From positions 11,904,001 to 11,968,000 of the forward strand of contig OZ059899.1 of the NCBI GenBank assembly GCA_964057225.1: a DNA stretch of 64,000 bases. Direction: 5' to 3'. This document shows positions 1 through 14,134 of this stretch, piece after piece. Both the position numbers and the translations under genes were made by a program. Every line of letters starts with the position of its first letter. Position 1 is the first letter of the stretch. A model generated the notes under the pieces. The model was not told the DNA's origin. It worked only from the letters and a program-made list of their open reading frames with translations, and ran no database searches. Source of the DNA: Auanema rhodensis. Taxonomy: Eukaryota > Animalia > Nematoda.

Positions 1-225
1 AGTTTTCATAGCGACGTCCATAGCACTGTTGACAGCTTGACATAAGTTCATCTTAGTAAGATCTCCTCCTTAACAAAAAAGTTTATTTCTAATCGAAAGA
101 TATATACACGAACCATTAAGGCTAGGAGAAGCAACTGATGGTTGAAAAGTAAAATGAGCTGCCGATCGTGTTTGAGCTAATGGAATAACTCCCCTAGTTG
201 TTAAAGAAAGTACTCGTGAAGCCAT
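1..225 (-). CDS. bckd-1B: Branched-chain alpha-keto acid dehydrogenase E1 beta subunit, 5' part (runs off the window)
   Basis: Exon 1 gives MASRVLSLTTRGVIPLAQTRSAAHFTFQP (mitochondrial presequence plus the AHFTFQP motif of BCKDHB). The next exon gives TKMNLCQAVNSAMDVAMKT, the conserved E1-beta N-terminus. Confidence 0.9.
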
Positions 226-523
226 ATCTTAGATTAGTTCCATTAAAAGAAGAAAATTGTAAAAACAACGAAAGATACATGGCGTTATCACGCAATGAAA
301 GAAAAAAAAGGAAAAAGAAAAGTGCTCATTTATAATCATAAATAAGATGATACTCAAGAGCCACCACGGCTTGTAACCACCAATACAAAAAAAAAATTTC
401 AGCAAACGAAGATAATAATATTTCGTGCTAATAACAACGGACGTGCCCATTTAAAACAAAATAATTCTCTCAAAAGTTGAAATCTAACACGAATGAAAAT
501 GAAAATGAAATTTTCAATCAGCA

Positions 524-2072
524 TTAGCTTGCTGAGGCAGACGCGTCGTTTTCATCTTCAGAATCTAAGCCTTCTACGTCCTCTACGTCGAACAAATCTT
601 CATTGATAGCCATTTGGGCAACACCGGCTGCAAGTCAATTATTTTGAAAGCAGCGATAGCGTTGAAAACTAACCACCAAGAGCATCAGCGCCTGAAGCGG
701 CCTCCTCATCTTCGTCCATACCCTCAAACTTGAAGAAGTTGGCATCGATTTCAAAGATATTCTCATTAGCCTGTAAAAGGAATATACGAATTAAAATTAG
801 AGAAATAAATAACCTCGGCATCTTCTCTTTCATAACAGACATCATCAGCTTCGTCGTCGTCGGCAATAAGATCGGCGTTGAAAGTAAACAAATCTCTTCC
901 TGTCATTCCCAACTTAAATAATTAATAAAAATGACTGATAAAATCTCTAATTCAATTACAGCTTTTCCCATTTTAACTTTTTCCTTCTTGGCTTTCATAT
1001 CAGCTTCTTCTTTTTCTTTCTTCTCTCTCAGCTTCTTCTTCTTCCAGGCAACAAAGGATTGAAGGGTAATCTTGGTAAGATTCTTCGAAGAAAGAGCGGC
1101 TCGCTAAATATCAGATGTTAAATATATGCCAAAACTAAGCCTAATTTACTTCTTTCTCGATTAATTCTTCGAGACTGATCTCATTTTCCTTCTTCTGGTC
1201 TTCCATCTTCTTTCTATCCTTCTTCAGAATATATCTGACATTGAACAATGTAATTACTTTAACCATAAGTCTTCATACCCTTCTGGAAGACAATGACGAT
1301 ATTGGCATTTATCTCCACCATTGGGACACTCCCAGAACCATCCGTATTTAGATTCTTCTACAGCTTGAATGAAGTATTTGCACTGGAAAATAAACCAAAT
1401 TTAAGAATTATCTTAGGTTATACATACCACAATTGAAGTAAGAGCCTTATTAGCTGCAGTTTGTTTCTGATCAACAACGGTCTTCAATTTGTCTTCATCC
1501 CAGTCGTCCATGTTATCTAAAACTGTTCGTTATCAGAACTTTTAAAATAAAAAAAATTAAACCTGCTCCTTCTTCACCAAGATCTCTGCTGTCGACATAA
1601 AGATTCTTCTTAACAGTCTTCTGCTCTACGGCAAGATCGTGACTGAACTTACACTTGCTTCCCTTGTGGCACATACCTTGTTTGAAGAACAAACAAACTA
1701 TAGATTTAGGATCAACCTCTGCAGAACAGTAAAATAAACTGGGTAAAAGGCTGAACAAAACCTTTGCCAACTTTTTGTTCTACTGGTCTCAGGAGATTAT
1801 TCAGATCGAGAAGGGGATCAATATCCTTCTCCTTCTTCTTAGCTAGAGCATCTGCTAACAACTTCTCCTTACTCTGATTATTTCCACGAATCTTGAAAAT
1901 TAAAAATAGCTTAAACTTGGTAAAAATTAAACAGTACTTGACTTTGAACTTGTTGGACATATTTTTGATTCTTATTACCCTTCTTGTTTTTTAAACCAAA
2001 TGTTTTGTCCTCGATAATTTTCTCCTTACGTTTCTGCTCAGTTTTCTTACTTGCTTGTTGTTTGGGAGGCAT
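524..2072 (-). CDS. ZC3H15: ZC3H15/DFRP1 CCCH zinc-finger protein (multi-exon)
   Basis: [71 protein letters not shown], acidic tail; TAA at 524-526. Confidence 0.95.
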
Positions 2073-2333
2073 TTCGTAAAGCTAAAATAAATTGAAATTG
2101 AAATTAAAATCAACTGTTAAGAAGAATTAAAATTAAAATTTTAAGAAGTTAGGTAATGATAATCAAAAATTACGTCAGCACATTAAAGGCGCACTTCGAT
2201 TCCGTTGACGCAATTTGTTAAAACAGTTTTCTGTATTGGATAATATCATAAATACATGTTTTATTAAATTATTGTATTTAGCATTAAGGTATTCAAATTC
2301 TTTTTTTTCTATATAGTAGTTTAACATTTAGGC

Positions 2334-3042
2334 ATGTTTGGTAGCATGAGAAATTCTGAAAACACAGCAGAGTATAATAGAGAGGAGCAATCGAGCGGTT
2401 TTGGAGTTACTGCTGAAGCTCCAGCACAGGTTAATTTTCATTGAAATTGTATTGTCTATTATTTAATTATGTTGCAGACGCAAACTACATCATTATCATG
2501 GGAAACACGCATTCAGTGTTTTGTGGGGTGTTTTATTTTATCTATTATCAGCTCCTTCTGCGTACGTCCCTCTTTATATAAAAAAAATTATTTAAGACTT
2601 AAGCTTTAGGCTAATTACTTGTTGCTTCTAACTAAGCTCACGGGTTTCTGCATAATGACTTCTATTGGTGCTGTTTTGTCTTTATTGAGCACTTGCTTTT
2701 TGATGGGGCCTGTTGGACAGATTAAAAAAATGTTTGATAGCAGCCGCTGGTTGGCTTCCGTTTTGTATATAACTTTAATTCTAATGACACTTATATCAGG
2801 TAATCAAATCCTTTTATAAATACACGTTGTATTTCTACATTTATTTATTCTCTTTTATTTTAAGGACTTTTATTGAAGAATGCTCCGCTGGCCGTTATTT
2901 GTACAATTGGACAATATCTTGCTATGGCTTGGTACTCATTATCGTATATCCCATATGCCAGGTCATTCACTTTTTTTATTTCCACAATGATCTATTTTAT
3001 TTCAGAGAAACCGTAGCACGAGTAGTCTGCTCTTGTGTGTAA
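2334..3042 (+). CDS. SFT2/Got1-family vesicle transport protein (multi-exon)
   Basis: LSWETRIQCFVGCF, STCFLMGPVGQIKKMFD and QYLAMAWYSLSYIPYAR are SFT2D hallmark motifs; four hydrophobic segments. Confidence 0.93.
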
Positions 3043-5478
3043 AATCTTTGTACAGCTTTTTGCAAGATCACATCAAACTTTTGATTAGACATGTTTGTAA
3101 TTATTGTTTTTGCTTTCTTTCATTTTGAAATCATTTCCATGAGCTAAGTCGATATAATCTTAATATCATTCCTAATTAATTGTCGATTAATATTGATACA
3201 GATATATACATTTTAAGACATTTTTCTTATTTAATGACATTTGGTTCGATACCAAACAATATGTCTTTCTTGAATTTTAGCTGTCTATTTACTATGCTCA
3301 TCAATTTAATGCTGGATGTTATGAGGTAAGGATCTAATTCAAATAGTTCAACCAATCCGTCTGTTGTCTCTTCCTCTTCTCTGTCTTTTCCTCTGCGTCA
3401 CTACTAAAAAGGGCGCGTTCTCTTTGTCTTCTCCCAAGCAGTTGGGTAGCGATGCGCATGCCGATACCGTTTTTCGTGTAATTTTTCGATCATATCTTAT
3501 TTCTAGTTTCATAAGAAAGAACAAGCATTTGACCTATTCTGTTGATTTTATCCCATTTTTCAGTTTTACTCCCCCCATCGTTAAGCGAGAATTTACTTGT
3601 ACATTCATCATCCTTTCCAGCTTATGTTTAACATTATGTTTTATGGATCCCAGATTGTTGTTTGGAGCCTCTAATTACCCTCGAGGGGAAATCGGGCTTC
3701 ATCTGCCACTTGATTAGCTTTTCTAGCAGACTGGTAACGGGTTCTTTCGTAACTAGACTGAATTATTGTTTTTTCCTTTTTCTTGTTATAATGACTTCTT
3801 AATTGTAAGTGATAATGTAGCAATTTCTTCCGTTGTAATGTGGCGTCTGAGAAGAAAAATGTTGTTAGGTCATCACTTAAACATGGTCCAACAAATTTGT
3901 GGGAACGAGCCCATTAAATAGAAGACTGATCGGCATCTTCTTCCCGCTTTTCTTCTTCAACTGCGTGCCCGTCTTTAGTCGCCTTGAATTTAATGAGACA
4001 ATCAATAATCGTTGTCTAGCGACATCATGGACAATAGCAAAAGACCATTATTTAAAATTAAGTATTACCATGTGTAACTGAAATTTGAAATATGTCACAA
4101 GCTGGAGTGAGGCATTCATTTGCATGACGAGCTTGTAGCAGCCCTTTACTTTTTTTTTCAATATATGTTTTCGATTCTCATCAGTTTTTGCTTCTGTATT
4201 CTCTTTATTATCTATTAAAGTTTTGTTTGTTTATTTGTACACATGTATCTATGGTCGTCTGTTTCAAAAATCTTAGCAAATTCTGGAAAGACCTCCGATT
4301 GATTCAGATTTATGGTAATCAACTGTTTTTTTAATTATTCATTCTTTTAATACGACTAAAATATATTTGTATAAAACGGGATTAACGAGAATTAGTTTTT
4401 TTTATTTTAATATACTGATGTAAAATATAAATTCAGGTATTCAGTCATGGAGTATTCAAAATTTCCTAACTTCTTATTTATGGTGAATATAGTAAAAAGA
4501 GTAAATAATGAAACGATTCTACTATTAAAGTCTATTCCTAAGTATTCTCTAAATATTTTCATATCACTTTTATGCTAGGCATTTACAACTTTCTTATTCT
4601 TTGTATTCTTTATAAGCTTATTAACTTTCTCTTCGCCAATACTCTTATCTTTTTTAACTTTTCAATTCCAGAAAAGAACATTAGAAAGCTTACTGGATAT
4701 TAGTATCATAACATATGACCTTTTATTAATTTTATAAAAAAATAGATGAAATATGTTATAGCTGTTTTGAACATTATTCTTTTTTTTTAGAAATAAAATT
4801 GGGCGGGTTTTTCTGGCCCTTTCCTCATGTAAAAAATGCTCCGCAACTAAAATTTGACCCAATGTCATGAAAAATTAACTCAGCTATTAAGAGTGGAGCA
4901 TCATTTCCCGTTCTACGTTGTGTTTTAATTTTGAAAATTATGTGTTATATTTAATTTTTTGTATTTTTTTATTTTCCATAACCGAGTAAACTAACTTCTC
5001 TTCTTTATTATGTTTCAACAACATTTAGTTTACAAGACAAGCGTTGTAATATTCTGTTTTAAACGAGGTCAGTCATTGTGTGGGCCAGCAATCATTTTTG
5101 AAAATATTTTGATAATACTCTTTGACGTTACGATCTGTAGTTTTTTATGGTTAATGTTTATAAGAAGATTATCTTTGCTTTGCCGCATACGTAGCGCTCC
5201 ATGATTTAAGCATTATCTCAGGTTCATTTTTATGAAAATCTATAGTATGCTCTATATTTGTTTTTATATAATTTATTAAATTATTTTAGCGATGATAAGG
5301 CAAGCCTTAACCGCTGTCTTATGTTTGTACAGCCACTATCAATTAGTGCAAATTTATGTGCTTTAATCGATGTTCAACATGAAAACTCGTTTTTTTTTCT
5401 TTTTTTCTCTTTCTTTTACTTGATGTTCTTTTAGAGTAAATTATCATCGTTTAATTTTTCTTTCTATAGTATTGGCCG

Positions 5479-6920
5479 ATGTCACAGTTTCCTGACCATG
5501 TAGATGCAATTCAAAGGGAATTATCCCAATTGCATCAACAAATTCAGCAGAATAAGGAAAGAATTGAGCAAATGAAATCTGTAAGTTTTACTTTTACCCT
5601 TTTTTAGTTTCTTCCTTTTTTTTCAGGAAAATGCTGTTCAAAGTAAACAAGTTCAAAGCATGATAGAGCAACATCAAAATGGAACTGTATGAACCTAACT
5701 TTAGTTTTCCTTGCAATTGTTTTTTTCAGAGGGAACTTGGTACTGCACAAAAACAACAAGAGAAATTAATGGCTTTTCAAGCACAGTATTTACCTGTTGC
5801 CCCTCCTGAAATACAGGTAATTTTCTGATCAATCTTCTTTGAAAATTAATCTTTCCTTTTCAAGTTGTTAATAAGTGCGGAAATAGAAAAGGCGAAACAG
5901 CAATTGCAAGTTGAAATTCAAGCATCCGTCATGAATGGTATGATGGGAGGAGTTCATATGCCTGCAGCTGCCATGATGATGGCACAAGCTGCTCAGGCGC
6001 AAGCAGTTCAAGCTGCTGCAGCACAAGCACAAGCACAACACGTTGCTCAGTCTCAAGCTGCCAGGTAATTTATCTGTTTTAGTTTCGTGTTTATATTTTT
6101 TCTTAGAACTAATATGATGGGTGCTTCACCCAGAATGAGTAAGCCAAATGGTATGCCAAACGGTATGTCAGCTATGCAAGGTAAAGCTTAACCTTTCTTT
6201 GCTTTTTTCATCAGTCAATATAGGTATGAATGGGATGGCTGCTATGGCTATGCAGAGTCAAATGATGGCCCATATGCCACCTTCAATGGCGCAACAATTA
6301 CAAGGTTTGATTGAAATATTTATGTGCCTCCTCTAACTTTTATTTTAAAGCAATGGCCGCATTCAGCGGAATGGGAATGGGAATTCCACCGATGCCAGGA
6401 TTTTCACCAGCTCAAATGGCTGCACTTCAGGTGGGAAATACTCCTTACCTTTTTTAATTTTGATATCTAATCATTGTTTTTATTTTAGGGTATGAACGGA
6501 ATGCAACATCACATGATGCCTCCAATGAGTGCACCAAATCAAGCTGCTGCTGCAGCAATGGCTCAAGCTGCCGCTATGGCCCCACATGTAACACAATAAA
6601 CGTTTTAATTTTTTTCTATAGAGTATATTACAGATGAATCTCTCCGTGTCAACACCTTCTCGAAACCATTCAAATGGTCCCCTGTCCGGAACTCGCACTC
6701 CTCAAGCTATGAATTCTCCACGTCCAATGATTTCACAACAAAAGGTAAGTGAATTTCCCTGTCGCTGATACTCGGATGTCTTCAGACTGAGAGTCAGCCG
6801 CTACAGGTTATACCTTCTAATATTTGTGTTTCGGTGAAGGACGAACACAAAGAAAGGTCTCCTACCGAGGATAAGAAACAAATATCTCCCTCATCTGATG
6901 ATACAGTTGCTGTTGCCTAG
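5479..6920 (+). CDS. lsy-22: Groucho/AES-like corepressor with Q domain and no WD40 repeats (LSY-22-like), multi-exon
   Basis: MSQFPDHVDAIQRELSQLHQQIQQ...QAQYLPVAPPEIQLLISAEIEKAKQ aligns with the Groucho Q domain, followed by a Met/Ala/Gln/Pro-rich tail. Probable 5'UTR exon at ~3621-3733. Confidence 0.8.
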
Positions 6921-7555
6921 TCTGAAAACCATTTTTGGTTATTTCGTAAATGAGATTATGTTTATTTTATTAATTATCTCATCTTTTTACTCATCCGCTA
7001 CTTCTTATTGTAACATGTGAAACTTTATTCTTCGTAACGTAACATCTTTCTTAGAATCTTTAGTAGAAGTAGTAATAGGGATAGTCTGCCGCTCAAAAAA
7101 ATACCATCCTATGCTAGTTTGTCTTTGTTTCATACTTTGTTTATTGTTACTCCATCATATCGAAAAAGGAAACACGGGTCAGGTAATCCCGAGATCTTGT
7201 AATATAATATTCTAACCAACCTTACAAGCCTCTCTATATGGCATATTATCTGAATTTACTAATCTTCGTGCCTATATCTTATTTGTTTTAAACTCTTCGG
7301 TTAAAAACACTTCAGTTATAAAGATAATCGCGCGCAGCCAACAAATCACGTTGTACTTTGCGATGTGTAGTTTAAGAGTGATCTCTCGGGTGTTATTATG
7401 TTTTTTATGTCAATTGCAATGAAATTTTAAATATATTAATGTGTTCATATACAATTATATAATCAAATATTTATAATACCAGAAGAGTTTCTAAATACAC
7501 GTGGTGATGTAAAAAATATTTATAATCTAACTAAGATTCATAGTAGTTCACCCAT

Positions 7556-8943
<1,388 letters not shown>

Positions 8944-9393
8944 GCTAAATGAAATACGATTAATATGAAAAGTAAACTTTATATAATACAACACAAAGAA
9001 CTGAGCAAAATCCAAAGTCCGTTATCACGGGAATGGAAGAAAGAAGGAATAGAATCAGGGCGCGCTTTCTTAACAGACCTTTACTACTTAATATTTAATA
9101 TTGTATTCAACAAGCTTCTCATATAACAAAAACAAACCTTATCTACTTAAACTTCAGGATATGTAAGTGAAATGTTTTTTAAATAAAACTTTCCTAACAA
9201 TTTTATATTTTTTTCACATATTTTACCAAAATTAAAATATCAAAAACTTTTTTAACAAACAATGAACAATATTATTAAGAACAATAAGAGGAATGAAAAT
9301 AATAGCTGAAAATGATATTTCAAATGATAGATCAGGGAAACGGCATTTAAATTAAATAAAAACACAATTAAACGCAGCTAAAATAGAAGTATA

Positions 9394-10203
9394 TTATATG
9401 TCGCTATATGCAGTATGTCGGGTTCCTAATTTGGGCGGCTTAGGTTTAGTGTGAGGAGGAGGGGGAGCAGGGCGAGTTACAACCGTTTCTGACTGATGCT
9501 TTTTTTGATTTAAGTCGTAATCATTGAATAGTTCGAATGAATCTCTTTCTAATCGATTGAGAATGTTCTTTGTTTGTTGATCAGTATATACAATAGAAGA
9601 TCTTCTATAATGACCGTTCTCTGTAGGCATCAGTAGTATCACCTGAATTTTGATAAATGTTCTGATAAGAATAAATAAATGTGAAAACAATAACTTTTAG
9701 TTCGAATTGACTAAATCAAACAGCATTATCAACGGTTTTTTTCGATTTGAGAACATAACAGAACGCTTTTACCTGAGGTGTCGGACGATGTTCATTTACT
9801 TGTAGCCAATCTTTAGCTTTATAAAATAGACACCTCCATCCAAAAGCACTTAATCTTATAATAGCAAGAACCTAAAAAGCATTGTAAATTTTATGTTTAT
9901 TGTCTCAAAAAGCTTTTTTGATGATTCTATTTAGAAGTTTTAATGTGAGCATACCAATAAAACACATAAAAACACTAGGGTAATTTTAATGAAGGCTGAC
10001 AAGGAAATTGCTTCAGTTACTATAGCATCAACTTCTGCTGAAACTTTTAAAATGTAAATCTCAGGGATTGTTCAAAGATATTAACCTGTTATGTTTTGTG
10101 AGAGCCGTGTAAATTCGCTTTCAAATTTATCACCCAAATCTCCAGCTTTATCAGTTACTGATTTAAATAACTTAGTACCCAAATTATTTATCATACCACT
10201 CAT
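9394..10203 (-). CDS. Uncharacterised membrane protein with a Pro-rich tail (about 4 exons)
   Basis: GT-AG exon chain MSGMINNLGTKLF...AFIKITLVFLCVLL...LAIIRL...RPAPPPPHTKPKPP...YSDI*; one long hydrophobic segment; no family recognised. Confidence 0.7.
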
Positions 10204-11712
10204 TTACTATATAAAACTATTTTTTCATTTAAAAAAGAACGAAAAATAAGATCTGAAAGGCATCATTTGTTAAAAATCAAAGAACATTGAATTAGAGATG
10301 ACACATAGAACGAACAATAAACGTAAAAAAAACAAACAGTTCAAGTAAAATATGAAATATTAGTATTCAGAGAACGATTATGAACATATTTCGTTAAATA
10401 TACGGACGAAAATCTTTTGTCTTTCATAAACTTGACCATAAATCCATGTTATCTAGAGAAATTACAAAATAAAAAAGTTTGAAAAGACAAAACGTCCAAT
10501 ATTGTCTACAGAGTTCTTGTCAGAACGGAACTTGTTCCAACAAATCACATTAAAATTTTTGTTGATCAGACCTTTTGAAAGTATGAATGAATCACTGTTA
10601 TTTCTTCCAAATTCAAAGTTTCAGAATATTGTCTCCTTTTATGACATGTCATTTGACTTTATTTTTTATTGAAAAATAATCTAAAATTTGAAAAAAAAAA
10701 GAATTTCAATAGAATAGAGAATAGATTTGGGAAATGATTGTTTCTTTTTGTTCCTCAGATGGTATTATGTTCTTTGGCAACTAGTTTAGTTAGAAGATGA
10801 AAAAAGGTGTGAAAAAGCTTTGAAGTGGTAGTAATATCGGAATTTGGTTAAATAACGAGATGAATGGCTAAAAGAAGGAAGGAAAGAACCGGCTAACAGT
10901 ATATCGGAACATCTGTTTAAGTATAAGAAGTAAGTTAAACTTGTAAAAAGAAAAAGAATAAAAAAATCTCAAAAAAATCTGGAAAAAATAGTATTTTTCG
11001 TATATTTGTCATGATTTTCAAGTTGTTCATCGGAAGGCTTGAAAAAAGCGTTGAAGAAACTGTTGTGATGATGATGTTGTTTTGCGATTGTGACAGTTTG
11101 ACCACAACTTGTCCTCTAAGTTTAGTTTATTTTATTAAATCTCTATTATTTCAAACGTTCACAAAGAAATTAAGTACATTTTATAATATAATTTGCAAAT
11201 ATTGAGATAAAGATAGATGAAATATGGTTAAAACAAGAAGTTTTACCCTGTTAATCATTATTGTAACCGGTTATCTATTGAAACACTCGGTTATGGTTAT
11301 ATTCCCTCTTTTTATTTTTTGATCCTTGTTGAGGTTCTATATCAACAACCATGTGGTTGAGTCATCAAGGTATGATCTTCAGTACAAACATGGATTTTCA
11401 CGAGTAATGTTTAAAATTTTGAGCAAAAACGGAAAATTTTTTGAATTCTTTCAGGCAAGAAAAAACTAAAGCTAGAACTCTTTGGTTTTTCGCTGATCTC
11501 AATTTGACACATGAAGACCTGCAAACATCATGAAGTATAGTGCTTTGAACCAGAAATGACAGGGCTCCTGGAGAACAAATAGCAAAGCCAACAGCTTCCT
11601 CTTGGCCGTCAGACTCATTCAGACGATCTACATTCCAAGCAATACTATCATTTGGCACTTTTTCCTATACGAATTCAAACTTCTTTAAATTATTTGTTTA
11701 ATTCAGAGATAA

Positions 11713-12358
11713 ATGCTTTATATAACTCTTAGTTCACTATTATTTCTTGCCAATTTCGGGAACTGTTCTCCTGTTTCTAAGAAGCTATACTTGATATCAG
11801 TGGATGGAGATTTTGCCGATCCTGATATTTTTAAAATTCTGTTGAAACAAGCTTTAAAAGAGGAAATAGATTCTTCCCTGGGTTAGTTACTTCTTCCATA
11901 TCCTAAAATCAAAAATGAATTTACATTTAGAAAATGTTGTTACTGACAGTGAAGATACAACAGAAAAAAATAAAAAACTGTTATATCCAGAGTATGTTCA
12001 TAACTTCTTTGAGGTCAATATTTATAACTTTTTTCATTCCATTTTCGGGACTTATTTACAGAAAGCTGATCAAAACAGTGACGGACAAATATCATATCTA
12101 GAATCTGAGCAGTTTGCCGTAAACCATCTAAAGATAGCAAGTGATAAGAAGTGGAAACAGTTTTTCGACGATTTCGACAAAAATGGAGACGGGAATCTTG
12201 ACATCACAGGTGAATTTCAAATAACTTCGTTTAGTAAAGTTCAAGATTCAGAATTCGCGAAATTAATGACATCATGGTATCGGGGAGACCCTAATTTGAC
12301 TTTTATTGGATATAAAGAGAAATCATCTGAAGAAGATATAAGTGCAGCTGATGTTTAA
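11713..12358 (+). CDS. Secreted two-EF-hand calcium-binding protein (4 exons)
   Basis: Signal peptide MLYITLSSLLFLANFGNCS; EF loops DQNSDGQISYLE and DKNGDGNLDITE; TTCAG acceptor just before the ATG. Confidence 0.85.
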
Positions 12359-12466
12359 TAAAAATCTTTATAGGTTCTTAACATGTAAATATAAAAAATA
12401 AAATATTATGAAAACAAATACTGCGAATACAAACACTATTACAAGTATTTTTTTTCAAAGAATCTC

Positions 12467-13114
12467 TTATTCTTGCTCTAACTCCATAAGAACTCCACCG
12501 CAATCTTTAGGATGGAGGAACATTACCGGCTTTCCGTGGGCACCAATTTTTGGTTTTTCTCCTAAGGTTCTGATACCAAGAGATCTAACATGTTCGACGG
12601 CTTTATTGATATCATTGACTTCAATGCAAATATGATGCATACCTCCATCCTTGTTCTTGTTTAGAAAAGCCTTTAAGATTATTCTTATCAAGTTTCATGG
12701 AGCTTTCAAGAAAACCTGAATAGGAGACTTCTCTCCAAATGGGTGAAGAAGCTCAATTTTGGTGTTGGAAAGTTCAACAAAAACAGTATAAACCCCATGC
12801 TCAGGTTGTGGCTAAATACAATATAGTTTATCAGCCAATGTATAATATTACTAGCTCACCACAGCCTCACTGACAGTTGCCCCTAAGTTTCTATAAAAGT
12901 CAGAAGTTTTCTTGAGATCAGGAGTAGCGATGGCAACATGATTTAATCTTCCTAACATACCAACTAATGGATGAGAAGCCATATTCTTAAAAATAAACAA
13001 TATGTAATTTAATCAATATCACTGTACACAAGATTAGCGAATCTTCGAAAAAAAACTTACACGATGGGAAACAAATCTACCGAAGGAAGATCCAAAAAGT
13101 TTTAATACAGACAT
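12467..13114 (-). CDS. mce-1: Methylmalonyl-CoA epimerase, mitochondrial (4 exons)
   Basis: LGRLNHVAIATPD, PEHGVYTVFV, GGMHHICIEV, KIGAHGKPVMFLHPKDCGGVLMELEQ. Confidence 0.97.
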
Positions 13115-13457
13115 CTAAAAATAAACAAAATTAAATAAGCTCTTAAAGAATACTAATATAAAGATTCAATGAATATGATTTGATTAATTAAATGTTAAAA
13201 AACCATGTTTCAGCTAGTTATGCTCATTGAATTTCTGAGAATTTCATTTTATCACGGATTTATTTAAAACAACGACTTTTAAAATTACATGGTTTGCTGT
13301 TTACGCAATATTAGAGTGCATATGGATAAAAGAGACACAAAGAAATTAGTTTTCCTTGCAAACTGAAATATTTCTTATTATTTTGTTTTAAATTATTATA
13401 AATTAAGCTTTTATTTACTTTGTTATGTATTTTATATTCAAGTCATATTAATGTAGG

Positions 13458-13974
13458 ATGGGTACAAAGCTGTCAGTTTCATTGGAAGGTGCACTTCAAC
13501 CTGAAGTTGCCCCCCGTGTTGATAGGCCACCTACTTTTGACCCTCAATATGGTTTTGAAAAGAACAGGAAAGTAAGTTCAATTTGTTTAACTTATGTTAC
13601 TTCAATTTATTTAAGGTAAGAGAAATGAAGGCCACTTGGGAAGAGATGGAGCAATATAAATTGAAACCAGGGCAGCGTGATTATTGTGCTCATTTGCTGA
13701 TTCCTCTTATGAAATGTCAAGTAATTTTGCTGCAAATTGAATTATTTTTATATTTGTATGATAATATAGGCTCAAAATGCTCCTTTCGCTGGTCATGCTT
13801 GTGATAGTGAACGTACAGCCTGGGATTTGTGCGAGTATGATGATTATATCATGCGTATAAAGGTAATTTTTCAAGTTTAATCGAGTTTGCCATATAAATA
13901 ATTGTTTCAAGGAATTCGAACGTGAGCGAAGACTCTTGCAAAGAATGGCAAGGAAAGAAGCTCAATCGCATTAA
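13458..13974 (+). CDS. NDUFB7: NADH:ubiquinone oxidoreductase subunit NDUFB7 (B18), 4 exons
   Basis: MG start, PTFDPQYGF, REMKATWEEM, QRDYCAHLLI, CX9C pairs, RIKEFERERRLL. Confidence 0.96.
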
Positions 13975-14134
13975 GCTAGTTTAGTTGTTAGTATCGTGAC
14001 ATTGAAATTACAATTTTGTATAGATTTATGATTAAATTTCATTACTATATTATTCTGTTCATATTACTAGGTTTACATCCTATAATAACATTCTATAAAC
14101 CTTCTGAATATTATTGTTCAAATGATTCTTTAGT

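Noticed and set aside
11604-11652. Possible C/D box snoRNA (ATGATAG...CTGA, minus strand)
   Set aside because: Imperfect box C, too short, no terminal stem.
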